Under the pieces are notes generated by a model. That model worked only from the letters and a program-made list of their open reading frames with translations, was not told the origin of the DNA and ran no database searches. From a virus, in IMG/VR virus record IMGVR_UViG_3300045988_066950: a stretch of DNA of 60,220 bases; one strand, given 5' to 3'. Both the position numbers and the translations under genes were made by a program. Below are positions 19,960 through 29,536 of the stretch, one piece after another (the stretch's first letter is position 1; each line of letters begins with the position of its first letter).

Positions 19960-20631
19960 TCAGTCATCCGGGACGCCATCCCGTACATTGCAGGGCTCTT
20001 TCTTGCCCTTTACTCGCGCCTTGAGTTTTTCCTGAAACGCTGTAACGTGAAAAATGTTTCCCTCGCACCCGGCGGGCACCTTGCCGTAGAAGATGATCTG
20101 CGCGGGCTGTAAGCGCCGCAGCATCTCATTGTACCCAGCCATGAACAGCGCCGCCGATTCGGGGCTTGCCTGTGTGCCGACACTCGAAACGGCCACCGCG
20201 CCGCCTACCGGCTCACCGTCAAAGCACCATGCAAAGCTATCCGGTGTACTCCATGAGATGGTCGGAATGACCTTGATGCCGTGGGCCTGCCAATAGGCAC
20301 CCAGCCAGTGCTTGCGGTAATGGTTGTAAATCTGGATAATGCGGGGAAAGTCTGTATATGTGCTGAAATCGGGGGTACATACGGTATCGAACCGCGCCAT
20401 CATGCCGAGGTAGTTATCGGGATGCGCCCAGATGCGGTTGAATTGGTAATCGTCAACGAAGAAGTGAACGCCATGCTCTGACGGCTCCTCACACCCTTTG
20501 GCGTAGTTGAAACTTATCCAGTTTTCAGCCGTAGTCAATTCGGGCCGCAGGATGGGGATGTCGAACCGCCCAGCGCCGGGGAAAATGCCCTTATTGAGAT
20601 TTTCGTAATTGCGCTCTGTGCGGTACACCAT
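19960..20631 (-). CDS. DUF4417-like protein
   Basis: Start MVYRTERNY with a GGAGG RBS. Sequence style resembles the phage DUF4417 family (VHFFVDDYQF). Confidence 0.5.
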   Translation of the reverse strand: MVYRTERNYENLNKGIFPGAGRFDIPILRPELTTAENWISFNYAKGCEEPSEHGVHFFVDDYQFNRIWAHPDNYLGMMARFDTVCTPDFSTYTDFPRIIQIYNHYRKHWLGAYWQAHGIKVIPTISWSTPDSFAWCFDGEPVGGAVAVSSVGTQASPESAALFMAGYNEMLRRLQPAQIIFYGKVPAGCEGNIFHVTAFQEKLKARVKGKKEPCNVRDGVPDD

Positions 20632-20647
20632 AAACCTCCGGGAAAGC

Positions 20648-20682
20648 AATAAAAATGCGCCGCAGTTGTGACGCTGTGGCGC
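20648..20682 (-). terminator. intrinsic terminator closing the ncRNA/tRNA unit
   Basis: On the minus strand: GCGCCACAG-cgtcacaa-CTGCGGCGC followed by ATTTTTATT. Confidence 0.7.
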
Positions 20683-20836
20683 GTAATATAGGGGCAGGTC
20701 AACGGCGGCAGTACCGGCGTCGGCCCTCGCGGCGAACCGCGATAATAACCAAAATTAGGCGCGTCATACGGGGAAAGGAGAAAAAGCCCGTTTTGCCGTG
20801 GACGCGCCGCGAGGTGAAATGCCCTCAAGCCTCGCA

Positions 20837-20911
20837 TGGTTGCACAGGCTGGAATCGAACCAGATACTTGCAGGGTATGAACCTGCCGAGCTACCAGTGC
20901 TCTACTGTGCA
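20837..20911 (-). tRNA. tRNA-Met (anticodon CAT), CCA encoded
   Basis: Manual cloverleaf. Acceptor stem TGCACAG/CTGTGCA; D arm GAGC-ACTGGTA-GCTC; anticodon arm GCAGG-TTCATAC-CCTGC; T arm with TTCGATT loop; discriminator A followed by CCA. Confidence 0.85.
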
Positions 20912-21356
20912 ATATAATATAGGCCACTGATCGGAAACCGCCAGCGGTGGAACCGCGTGAATGGATTGCAAACCGCAATTTGCCATCACTGGGGAGGTGC
21001 AGATCACTTGTGCCGCCGCAATGGCCGGACGACGGCAATGGCCTAATGGAACCGCATAAGGGCCTTGCACCCTTGCCGTGCTATGGGGATAACACAGCGC
21101 CCTTTTCGCTCTAATTGCTGATTGAGCAGCTATGCGGTAAAATGCCCCGGCCCCGTAGGCTACCGGGGTAAAATTTAGTGCAGGGGTCAAGGGCCTGCAC
21201 AGCGCCGGGCGTGAGAGGCGCACCCAGCGTATAGGGCTTTTGCCACCTCGGCGCAAACACGAACGCCGCCGCGCTTATTCACGCAGCGGCGTTTGGAGGT
21301 GACAGCGGGGAAAGCACGAGCGAGGGAGCGCCCAGAACTCCCTCGCCCTAAACCCG
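20912..21356 (-). ncRNA. candidate structured non-coding RNA of about 445 nt, co-transcribed with tRNA-Met
   Basis: No credible ORF. Has its own consensus promoter and many GC-rich hairpins, e.g. GCGAGGGAG/CTCCCTCGC, a 12-bp AACGCCGCTGCG/CGCGGCGGCGTT stem and CUGUGUUAU-CCCC-AUAGCACGG. Confidence 0.5.
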
Positions 21357-21363
21357 CAAATAC

Positions 21364-21392
21364 ATAATACGCGCATGGGAGCGAACAATCAA
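21364..21392 (-). promoter_or_regulatory. sigma70-type promoter TTGATT-N17-TATTAT
   Basis: Read on the minus strand, just downstream of the 21430 stop. Confidence 0.6.
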
Positions 21393-21429
21393 TATTTTAC
21401 GTTGAATTGTTCGTTTTGTTCGCTTTTTT

Positions 21430-21831
21430 CTATACGGTTTTTGCTAAATAGCGCTTGCAGGCCATACGGCAGGCATCGCCGGTGTATCCCGCGCCCACGC
21501 TTGCGCCCACCTGCGCCCACGACAGGCCGTCCACAAAGCGCAAGTGCATAATGAGCCGCAACTGTGCATCGTCCACGCCGTCAAGGTACGCCGTGATGCG
21601 GTCACGCTCTGCCATAGCGCGGGCCAGCTTGCCCCTGATCTGCTCTTTCAGCTCGATAATGGCTATCGCGTCACTTTCGACACTCGACCCTGCACCGCCG
21701 CCACCGGGCATCCCGGACATATTCGGCCCACCGGGGGATGTGGCGCGGGCCTCAAGCTCTGCAAGGTGCTGTTTATCACGGTCAATCTCCAAATTCAGCC
21801 AATGGAGTTGAGATAATTCTTTCATCGTCAT
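21430..21831 (-). CDS. ArpU/RinA-like (sigma region-4-like) late transcriptional regulator
   Basis: 133 aa. C-terminal LRLIMHLRFVDGLSWAQVG HTH typical of the DUF1492/ArpU class. Confidence 0.6.
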   Translation of the reverse strand: MTMKELSQLHWLNLEIDRDKQHLAELEARATSPGGPNMSGMPGGGGAGSSVESDAIAIIELKEQIRGKLARAMAERDRITAYLDGVDDAQLRLIMHLRFVDGLSWAQVGASVGAGYTGDACRMACKRYLAKTV

Positions 21832-21833
21832 AG

Positions 21834-23219
21834 TCAGACGGCCTCCTTTGCCGTGATGATTTTTGCTTTTAGTGATTCCAGCAGGTGGTTTTGTTCGGTG
21901 ACACGGCCCATGACCGTTGCGATGGCATCCTCATCCTGACCGCCCTGCACGACCAGCGAATGGATGACGACGGGATGCGTCTGCCCTTGTCGGTGTAGCC
22001 GCTTGTTTGCCTGCAGATAAACCTCCGCCGAGTACGTCAGCCCAAACCAGATGATGTGATGCCCGCCGTGTTGCAGGTTGAGGCCGTAGCAGCAGGACAC
22101 AGGATGGGCCAGCAGAATGTCCACCTCTCCCGCGTTCCATGCACGTTCATCGTCAGGGCCGTTATATACGCGCACCCGCAGATCCAGCGGCTCAAGGGCG
22201 GCGAGGATGCGGGCGAGATCGTGCTGAAACCAGTAAAACAGCAAGGCGTGTTGACCGTGCAGACCCTCGATCAGCTCCACCAGCGCGGCCAGCTTGCATT
22301 CATGAACGGGGATGACCTTGCCGTCCTCATCATACACGGCGCCGTTGCAAAGCTGTAACAGCTTGCCCGCCAGCACTCCCGCCGTGCCCGCTGTGATGGT
22401 TGATTCATCAACTTGCAACAGTGCATCCCGCTCCAATCGCTTGTACGCGGCAGCGGCAGGGGCGTCCAGCTTGACGGGTATCTCATCATAGATGCGGTCA
22501 GGAAGGGTCAAATAGTCATCGCTGGACAAGCTGATGCAAATATCACTGATGGCGGCATAGATGGCATCTGCCGCGCCCCGGCGGGCCTTGTAAGTAAATA
22601 TCTGCGATCTGCTGCGCTTGTCTGGCTCAAAGTACATATCGCGGTAAACGGAGATCGTGCGGCCCAGCCGCTGCCCACCGTCCAGCAAGTAGACCTGCGC
22701 CCACAAATCCATCAAGCCGTGCGGCGAGGGGGTGCCGGTCAATTCTACAATGCGCTTGATTTTAGGTCGCATTGACCGCAGGGCCTTAAACCGCTTGGCC
22801 TGATGGTTTTTGAACGATGACGATTCATCCAGCACGACCATATCAAACGGCCACGCCTTGCCGTACTCTTTGACAAGCCACTGCACATTGTCCCGATTCG
22901 TCACATAGATGTCGGCATCCACTGCCATCGCGGCGCGGCGTTGTGTAGCTGTTCCCAGCACCTCGGAGCAGCGCAGATGCCGCAGATGCTGCCACCCTGA
23001 AATTTCGGTGCGCCATGTTGCCTCGGCAACTTTCTTCGGCGCAATGACGAGGCATCGCCGAATTTGCCACGCATAATACTTGAGATAGTTAAACGCGGTC
23101 AGCGTCATCACGGTTTTGCCCATGCCCATGTCCACGAAAAGCCCAGCGGCGGGGTGATCGATGATGTGCTGAATGCAAAACTGCTGATAGGGGTAAGGGT
23201 GGAACTCTTTACAATCCAT
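21834..23219 (-). CDS. SNF2-family helicase
   Basis: DMGMGKT (motif I), VVLDESS (motif II), and a C-terminal helicase domain with RLHRQGQ. Confidence 0.85.
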   Translation of the reverse strand: MDCKEFHPYPYQQFCIQHIIDHPAAGLFVDMGMGKTVMTLTAFNYLKYYAWQIRRCLVIAPKKVAEATWRTEISGWQHLRHLRCSEVLGTATQRRAAMAVDADIYVTNRDNVQWLVKEYGKAWPFDMVVLDESSSFKNHQAKRFKALRSMRPKIKRIVELTGTPSPHGLMDLWAQVYLLDGGQRLGRTISVYRDMYFEPDKRSRSQIFTYKARRGAADAIYAAISDICISLSSDDYLTLPDRIYDEIPVKLDAPAAAAYKRLERDALLQVDESTITAGTAGVLAGKLLQLCNGAVYDEDGKVIPVHECKLAALVELIEGLHGQHALLFYWFQHDLARILAALEPLDLRVRVYNGPDDERAWNAGEVDILLAHPVSCCYGLNLQHGGHHIIWFGLTYSAEVYLQANKRLHRQGQTHPVVIHSLVVQGGQDEDAIATVMGRVTEQNHLLESLKAKIITAKEAV

Positions 23220-23553
23220 CTTGCCGCATGACCTCCTCGCAATGGCTGAGAATCGTCTGCACCTGTTCCGGGGTCGATACCGTGCTGAACACGGTAAAGC
23301 CCAGCCGCCGCATCTGATTCTGTACATACGTCTGCCGCATCCGCTCCCGCTTGCCTACCTGTTTCAGTTCCACAAACACAATGCGGCCACCCGGCAGCAG
23401 AATCATCCTGTCGGGCACCCCAGACGTGCCGGGGCTTTCAAATTTCAGGCATTGCGCCCCGCCGCCCAATTTCTTCACACCGTCACGCAGTTTGCGCTCG
23501 ATGACCTTTTCCAATTCCGGCGTCCTAATAACCTCCCATCTTTTTCGCGGCAT
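23209..23553 (-). CDS. VRR-NUC domain nuclease
   Basis: GVPDRMILLPGGRIVFVELK pattern. Start MPRKRW. Confidence 0.75.
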   Translation of the reverse strand: MPRKRWEVIRTPELEKVIERKLRDGVKKLGGGAQCLKFESPGTSGVPDRMILLPGGRIVFVELKQVGKRERMRQTYVQNQMRRLGFTVFSTVSTPEQVQTILSHCEEVMRQDGL

Positions 23554-23885
23554 CGCCGCCGCGCTTGTCCACCTGACTGACACACGCGCGCGCGTATAGA
23601 CCCGTAAATACGGGGGTATATGCGCTCTCACGCGCGTTATTTTACTTATTTTTATTTTTATTTATTTTAAGTGTCAGAAGTGTCAGTTATAGATATATTG
23701 CAACGATATATCGTAAAAATTTAGACTGACACTTTAACTGACACTTGTATTTTGCGTGTCAGTTGTGTCAGTGCGCTTGTTCACAATTTTTTCATATTTA
23801 ACTGACACTTCTGACGGTTCTGACACTTGGCATATAAGGAAGTGTCAGCTTTTTGGCCCAAAGTGTCAGTTGATTTTTATACATA
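23554..23885. repeat. iteron/AT-rich module 1 (at least 10 copies of GTGTCAG/CTGACAC in both orientations)
   Basis: 7-mers at 23577, 23671, 23680, 23726, 23738, 23756, 23765, 23802, 23820, 23842 and 23863. An AT-rich tract lies at 23638-23725. The module is collinear with 52326-52660. Confidence 0.8.
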
Positions 23886-26384
23886 TTACACCTGTCTGTT
23901 GAATCTCCGATAACCGCGCTGCTGCTTGTACGGCCCAAACTTCATGCCCCGGTTAGCCTCCCATCCGGGGGTGCTTGCCAGCACGGCATTGATTTCGCGG
24001 GTGTCTGCCTGCTTGATGTCACGGGGGGCACCGTTGAAAAGTTCGCACCAAACCTCGGCGGCACAAATGCGGTCACGGGGCATCGTCGGGATGTCCTGCC
24101 CCTTGCAAGCCCCGGCCCAATAGTCGCGGCGCTTGTCCAGCGGCCACTCAAGCCAGTTCGTGGGAACATCGCGCTCCACAAAATCGCGGATAAGACCCTC
24201 GCGGACGGATGCCTCGCGGTGATCTTCCTGCCGTGCGCGGGCCGCGTCTGCCAGATCGCCGGTCAGGAACAGCGGCTCTCCCATCATCCAGCGCATCTTT
24301 GCCTCGGCCCAAATCTGATTGATTTCGTCATCGGTCAGATCCCATGCACGGTGAATCAGTTCGCCTTGTCCCACATCCACGGGCCAGAAACGGCGGTTGC
24401 CCGTGGTATCTTGCAGAAAATCGCTGACATTGCAGGTGCCGAAAAAGACACAGCAGCGGGGCAGTTCCTTTACATTACGGCCATAGGCGGCGCGGTAGCG
24501 GTCATAGCGCAGACTCAAAAACTGCTTGATGCGGGATACATCTGTTTTGCGGAAAGCGTCAAGCTCTGCCACTTCGACCAGCCAAACACCCTGCAAAAGC
24601 TCGGATGCCTCTTTGCCCTCAAACGTGCGGATGCTGTCGTTGTACCAGCCCTTGCTCATCCTGTCCAGCAGCGTGGACTTGCCGAGGCCCTGCGGCCCGC
24701 ACAGAATCAGCATATTATCGAACTTGCATCCCGGCTCCATCGCACGGGCCACAGCACCGACAAACGCCTTGCGGGTGACAGCGCGGGTATATGGGGAATC
24801 GTCAGCACCGAGGTAGTCGATGAATAGGGTGTCCAGCCGGGGCACTCCATCCCACGCCAGACCCTTGATGAAATTCTGCACCTCGTTAAATGCGTGTGTA
24901 GCCGCATGGATGTCCAGCCCCGCGTCGATGGCGTTGCGCTTGGTGATCTTGTATCCCTTTTCCATGTACCAGTACATTGCGCTGATGTCAGAATCAGCCC
25001 ATGCCCGCCGCTTGAATTTGTCGGGGTCTTTGTCCCACGGCAGGGGGTACAGCACCTCGCCGCGCCCGCTGAACTCATTCAGCATGAACCGCCCGCACAG
25101 GCGGGGGTCATTGTTGAGAATCAGCAGAACATTGTCGATGGTCTGCTTGATTTTGCCGTTTTCATCGCGCTGGATATAGCCCAGCCATGCGTTGGGGTCG
25201 GTTTGCTGACCGTCATCGCCGATGACCTCGCCCTGCACAGGCTCGGCGCCGTCACTGTCGCCGGGGGTCTGCTGAGGCCCGTTGCCGGGGATGGGGGCGA
25301 TAGCGCCAAAGTCAGCCTGCAACTGGGCAAACTGCTCTTTGTTGTAGATGGCCTGCACCGCGCTATCCTGCAACGACATTTCGCACATCGCCTTATAAGA
25401 TGGGAGCTTGCTGACCGGGGTGTTGCCGGGGGCGCTGTCGTCCTTATCGCCGTACAGGTGCAGGCGAACAAGGTCAAAGGCGTTCACAAGCTGCATAGAG
25501 CAGGGGTCAGTAGCGTGATGGCTGTACAGGAATTTGCCGTTATCGTAGATGATAGCGCCGCCCGCCGTGCTGCCGCCCGTATAGGTGTACCGCTCCTCGC
25601 TGCCCATAATGCACGGGGTATAGATGCCGGGCAGAAACTTGTCCATCGCCGTGCGTATGTCATAGGCGCGGCAGAATGCGCCCACGATGCCGGGCTTTGT
25701 CAGCGGGTCGCCCTGCTTGAGTGCCATCTTTTGGTAATTCGGAGCAGCACCGGGAACCTGCGGCCACTCGACCATGTTGCGCCAGTCCGTGTAGGTTCCC
25801 AGCAGGAACGCCACAGATGCCAGCGGCGCATCCTTGTAACGGAACACATAATCCGAATCCACGCAGGCACTCGGCCAGTACATGAGGCGGCTTGCCTGAA
25901 ATGTGGTAGGGTCGGCCTTATCAATGCCAATCAGCCACGCCAGCCGCCGCGCCAGAGGCTCGTACTCATCGGGGGTAGCAGTACGGTCAAGGGGGATTAC
26001 AACGCGCAGGCGGGGCTTATTGGGGCAGTGCTTGCGTGTGGAGTAGATCGCATAGCTGCATCCGATGGCATCCACGCGGCTCACGATTTCATCGGTGCCC
26101 CAGCCGGGGATATTATCGAAGTCAAGCGTCACAAGGTCACGCCCGGTCACTGCATTGGCCTTGCGCCGTCCGCCGTTGAGGGAGCCGCCCACGAACCCGC
26201 CGACATCCTTTAATGCGTCCTGCTGAGGTTTCGGCAGGTGCATATAAGCGTCGAGCGTTTCCGTTGAACGGACGGGATTCCGCAGGCGGTCATACAGCTC
26301 TGCCACGGTCATCAGCTGAGGTTTCCAGTTGAGATCGTTTCGGGATGCGCCGGTGGTGATGGTAATTTGTCTATCGAATTGCAT
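23886..26384 (-). CDS. primase / VirE-family P-loop replication protein
   Basis: Start MQFDRQITI. Central Walker A LILCGPQGLGKST in a VirE-like context; long N-terminal primase-like region. Confidence 0.75.
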   Translation of the reverse strand: MQFDRQITITTGASRNDLNWKPQLMTVAELYDRLRNPVRSTETLDAYMHLPKPQQDALKDVGGFVGGSLNGGRRKANAVTGRDLVTLDFDNIPGWGTDEIVSRVDAIGCSYAIYSTRKHCPNKPRLRVVIPLDRTATPDEYEPLARRLAWLIGIDKADPTTFQASRLMYWPSACVDSDYVFRYKDAPLASVAFLLGTYTDWRNMVEWPQVPGAAPNYQKMALKQGDPLTKPGIVGAFCRAYDIRTAMDKFLPGIYTPCIMGSEERYTYTGGSTAGGAIIYDNGKFLYSHHATDPCSMQLVNAFDLVRLHLYGDKDDSAPGNTPVSKLPSYKAMCEMSLQDSAVQAIYNKEQFAQLQADFGAIAPIPGNGPQQTPGDSDGAEPVQGEVIGDDGQQTDPNAWLGYIQRDENGKIKQTIDNVLLILNNDPRLCGRFMLNEFSGRGEVLYPLPWDKDPDKFKRRAWADSDISAMYWYMEKGYKITKRNAIDAGLDIHAATHAFNEVQNFIKGLAWDGVPRLDTLFIDYLGADDSPYTRAVTRKAFVGAVARAMEPGCKFDNMLILCGPQGLGKSTLLDRMSKGWYNDSIRTFEGKEASELLQGVWLVEVAELDAFRKTDVSRIKQFLSLRYDRYRAAYGRNVKELPRCCVFFGTCNVSDFLQDTTGNRRFWPVDVGQGELIHRAWDLTDDEINQIWAEAKMRWMMGEPLFLTGDLADAARARQEDHREASVREGLIRDFVERDVPTNWLEWPLDKRRDYWAGACKGQDIPTMPRDRICAAEVWCELFNGAPRDIKQADTREINAVLASTPGWEANRGMKFGPYKQQRGYRRFNRQV

Positions 26385-26406
26385 GACCGTTTTCCTCGCT
26401 TTATCG

Positions 26407-26706
26407 TTATAATGGGGTTTCGCTGTTGGGCTGTTCACGGTTGAACAGCTCGGATGCAACGGATGTCAGGTATCCGGCAATTTCGGAAAGCTCAATGCCC
26501 TTGGTTTCCCACCGCATGAGCGTGTACACGGCCTGCCCCGGCTTTTCGGGGTCGGGGCTGCGGGCAATGCACACCAGATTTTTAGGATTCTGCTTTGCAA
26601 TGGCCGTCAGCCATGCCGCGATGCCCTTTGTGTAATCGTTGCCGTTCGGGTCAAGGATGACTACGGGATAAACCTCGGCATCCTCTTTTTCATTCGGTGT
26701 AGCCAT
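26407..26706 (-). CDS. hypothetical protein
   Basis: 99-aa ORF in the operon. Confidence 0.4.
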   Translation of the reverse strand: MATPNEKEDAEVYPVVILDPNGNDYTKGIAAWLTAIAKQNPKNLVCIARSPDPEKPGQAVYTLMRWETKGIELSEIAGYLTSVASELFNREQPNSETPL

Positions 26707-26722
26707 ATCTCAGATTTCCTCC

Positions 26723-26971
26723 TTACTTGTAGATGTCGCCGCTCTGCTTGTGCCGCAGGGTGATTCGACCCACGACCTCAAACCCCGCCAGCCCACAGAT
26801 GTACTTGACCGTGTGGATAAGCGCGGCGATGGCATCAAACCGCGCCCGGTATTCGCTGGTTGCCGCTGCCTCGATGCCCCGATAGGCGGTGGGGTCAGCA
26901 TAGCCCTTGTCGTTGTAGTAAGGATTGTTGCGGGAGTTGAACGCCCGCTCATCGACAGAAAAATCAATCAC
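26723..26971 (-). CDS. hypothetical protein
   Basis: 82-aa ORF in the operon. Confidence 0.4.
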   Translation of the reverse strand: MIDFSVDERAFNSRNNPYYNDKGYADPTAYRGIEAAATSEYRARFDAIAALIHTVKYICGLAGFEVVGRITLRHKQSGDIYK

Positions 26972-27431
26972 TATGGTCGCCCTCCTCTGCGCCCACAGCG
27001 GCGCTCTGTGTGGCGGTTTCGGCTTCGTCCGATACCTTTGTTGTCGTGACTGTTTCGCCCTCAGACGGGGCGTCTGAGGGGTTGTCAGCGGGCGCCCAGC
27101 CTGTGGCCTGAATCAGAGCATCATACCGCATCATCTCATTTACGACCTCGGCCACAGTAGGGGACGGGGCGGCCTTTTCCGGCTCAAAACCAAAATGCTC
27201 GTTGAGAGCCTGTTTGCGCCAGTATTGGGCCATGCGGACAGCGTGATTTCGTTCATCGGCATGGCGATATGCGGTGGTTTTCCAGATGCGGGTTTCCTGC
27301 TTGGCGAACTCAAGGCGCGTTTTCAGGGATGCGATTTCAGATTCCGCGCTCTTTTTGGTGATGTAGTGCTGAATCGTAGCGCAGACAGTACCCAGCACCA
27401 GCAGACCGCCCCAGACAATATCAGTGTTCAC
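26964..27431 (-). CDS. hypothetical membrane-anchored protein
   Basis: 155 aa with an N-terminal hydrophobic helix. Confidence 0.4.
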   Translation of the reverse strand: MNTDIVWGGLLVLGTVCATIQHYITKKSAESEIASLKTRLEFAKQETRIWKTTAYRHADERNHAVRMAQYWRKQALNEHFGFEPEKAAPSPTVAEVVNEMMRYDALIQATGWAPADNPSDAPSEGETVTTTKVSDEAETATQSAAVGAEEGDHSD

Positions 27432-27673
27432 AGCTCATCCTCCCAATCCTCAGAGGTGCCCTCGTCAAAATCTTCATCTGCCGGTTCAATGAACAGGCAG
27501 TGATGATCGTCAATCGGGATGGACGCGCCGTCGGGGCAAGCCTCGACCTCTCCCGTGGATTGCTCGGAATAAATAACCTCACCATCATCGGGGGACATCT
27601 TTTTTGCATCCTCGGCGGATTCGGCATAAACCATAAAAAAGCCGCTGAACGGTACTTTATACAGACATTTCAT
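27428..27673 (-). CDS. hypothetical acidic protein
   Basis: 81-aa ORF. Confidence 0.35.
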   Translation of the reverse strand: MKCLYKVPFSGFFMVYAESAEDAKKMSPDDGEVIYSEQSTGEVEACPDGASIPIDDHHCLFIEPADEDFDEGTSEDWEDEL

Positions 27674-27696
27674 TTTCAGTAAACCTCATTTCTTTG

Positions 27697-27975
27697 CTAA
27701 AAATCGTTGCTGATGGCATCATTACTCAAATCTTCAAGCCTATTGGCGGCAGTTTCAATAAGGCTCGAAAAGGCTGTGATAGGCATACCCATGACTGTGT
27801 TACCGATGCGATAGTCATAGCATCCACTTTTCATTTCACGAAGCCTTTGAATAATAACTGTATCAGCATCAAAGCTATAATCGTGGTCATGAGATTCTTC
27901 ATGCTGTTCACACTCGAATGCAGAACTAAACCCTTTGCCACAAAACTCGCAGACGTACACCGTGTATTTGTTCAT
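27697..27975 (-). CDS. zinc-finger protein (CxxC...HxxxH)
   Basis: Contains CEFCGKGFSSAFECEQHEESH. Local GC is lower than the surroundings. Confidence 0.45.
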   Translation of the reverse strand: MNKYTVYVCEFCGKGFSSAFECEQHEESHDHDYSFDADTVIIQRLREMKSGCYDYRIGNTVMGMPITAFSSLIETAANRLEDLSNDAISNDF

Positions 27976-28727
27976 TTCTTGTCAGCCTCCTCACTCTGCT
28001 GCTGTGTAGCCGTTGCCAGCACATCCTGCAGCCGAGGGTGCTTGCCGCAGGACTTGCCCTCGATGCAGAATTGAAAGTCGGGATTGATTTCACATTGCGG
28101 AACCATCATCGCCGCGATTTCGGGGGAAATTGGCGCGATGCAATGCTTCATAGCAAGAAACAACGCACAGATTTCAAACTGCGCCTTGCCGCATAGCCGC
28201 AGGTGGCTGGCCTCAATCAGCGCCCGCGCATTTGCAGAGATGTACAGCTCCGTGGGTGCGCCGTTGGGCAGAACCATTCGCGCGTCCTCTTTCTTTACGC
28301 CTGCTTTCAGCAGGCGGTCATAGGAATCCCACGCATTATCGTATGCCTCATCGAGGATGGCATCCTGATTTTCGTTGGTGGCAATAGGGAGAATCGGTTC
28401 TGCACTGCTTTCATCGCAATACCGCTGACTGCGCACGGAAAAGCTGAAATGGCGATGCCGGGTCAACTGAGCGAGGCAGGCGCGGCTCATGCCGCTGATA
28501 TGGAATGTGAAATAAGTATGCTCGTACACGCTCAGGTGCCCGGTCTTGGCGCAGGTTTCGGCAATCTTAAAGGACGCAAAATCCGGCGCACTGTCATAGC
28601 ACACACTCGCGGCCTGCTCAATGATGCGCATGGGATTGGAGAACATACGGGCGGCGACACTCAACGATTTGTTGATGCCGCACCGTCCGGGGAGAGGGCG
28701 GGAACAGGCAATCAGTTCAACATTCAT
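27972..28727 (-). CDS. thyX: flavin-dependent thymidylate synthase ThyX
   Basis: ThyX signature RHRHFSFSVRSQRY. Confidence 0.9.
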   Translation of the reverse strand: MNVELIACSRPLPGRCGINKSLSVAARMFSNPMRIIEQAASVCYDSAPDFASFKIAETCAKTGHLSVYEHTYFTFHISGMSRACLAQLTRHRHFSFSVRSQRYCDESSAEPILPIATNENQDAILDEAYDNAWDSYDRLLKAGVKKEDARMVLPNGAPTELYISANARALIEASHLRLCGKAQFEICALFLAMKHCIAPISPEIAAMMVPQCEINPDFQFCIEGKSCGKHPRLQDVLATATQQQSEEADKK

Positions 28728-29196
28728 GGCTCATGGCCTCCTTTTCGATGCAGGCGTTGCCGCCCATCCGCTGGTAAGCGGTAGCGTTTGCGTTATCGGG
28801 TACGATTTTCAGCAGCTTGTCATCGCCGCCCAGCGAGAGAAACTTATCTTTGTACCAGTTGGCTTTTGACAATTCCTGCGTTGCACCGTCTTTCAGACCG
28901 CAGCGGTATAGGTATTTGTAGCGGCTCAACAGGCAAAAATACTGCACGGCGGCAGTGCCGAACCGTTCCTCCATCTCGACGATGCACTCTTTCTGACCGG
29001 GGCGGTTGTAGTGGTCAGGGTGATTCACCATCTCCGGCTCGTCACCCTCCTGATCTCTCCCGCATAACGGCTGTGTAGCTGTTCCGAGCGTCGCCACAAT
29101 AGCTCCCAGCAGGAAGATGGCAGTGATAAACGCCAGAACTAAAGCGATGACAAAAAGGCCCATGAGAACCTTTGCGATAGCTATCAAAATAACCAT
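28717..29196 (-). CDS. DUF3310-like protein with an N-terminal transmembrane segment
   Basis: NHPDHYN...ECI...YKYLYR pattern. AGGAGG RBS before the TM-encoding start. Confidence 0.5.
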   Translation of the reverse strand: MVILIAIAKVLMGLFVIALVLAFITAIFLLGAIVATLGTATQPLCGRDQEGDEPEMVNHPDHYNRPGQKECIVEMEERFGTAAVQYFCLLSRYKYLYRCGLKDGATQELSKANWYKDKFLSLGGDDKLLKIVPDNANATAYQRMGGNACIEKEAMSHEC

Positions 29197-29209
29197 TTTC
29201 TAATTCCTC

Positions 29210-29536
29210 CTATGATACAAATAGATCGGGTGGCATAGCCTTATCATCAATGTAGTAGTCAGCGCCGATTTTACGCGGGTTGGTGCCGTATGCCCGTTTT
29301 AATTCCTCGGTGTTGTCGTTCACGGCGTCAAATTCCAGCCCGTAACAGCGGCAAAACTCCACCGCGCGGGTCAGCATCTCGCCCTCCCGGCATGTCCACA
29401 GGATAATCTTTGCACCGAGGCGGCGGCGAGATATGAGTTTGTCGATCAGGGGCAAATTGGGTGCGCCGATTTCAGGGTAGGCGTTTTCGCAGAGGGTGCC
29501 GTCAAAGTCAACGGCGTATGTGGTCGGATGGCTCAT
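29210..29536 (-). CDS. HAD-superfamily phosphatase (deoxyribonucleotidase-like)
   Basis: N-terminal DFDGTL motif. Start overlaps the upstream stop (ATGA). Confidence 0.6.
   Translation of the reverse strand: MSHPTTYAVDFDGTLCENAYPEIGAPNLPLIDKLISRRRLGAKIILWTCREGEMLTRAVEFCRCYGLEFDAVNDNTEELKRAYGTNPRKIGADYYIDDKAMPPDLFVS

Noticed and set aside
20535-21256. ORFs 20535..21038 and 20891..21256 (minus) and 20655..20930 (plus) in the gap between DUF4417 and the ArpU-like gene.
   Set aside because: They run straight through a canonical tRNA-Met and through hairpin-dense sequence. They have no RBS, and their Arg/Pro/Gly-rich translations look non-coding. The region is better explained as RNA.
23640-23885. 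Possible CRISPR array, suggested by the many short repeats.
   Set aside because: The repeats are only 7-9 bp, occur in both orientations and have irregular 2-30 bp spacing. There is no 25-40 bp repeat unit and no cas genes.
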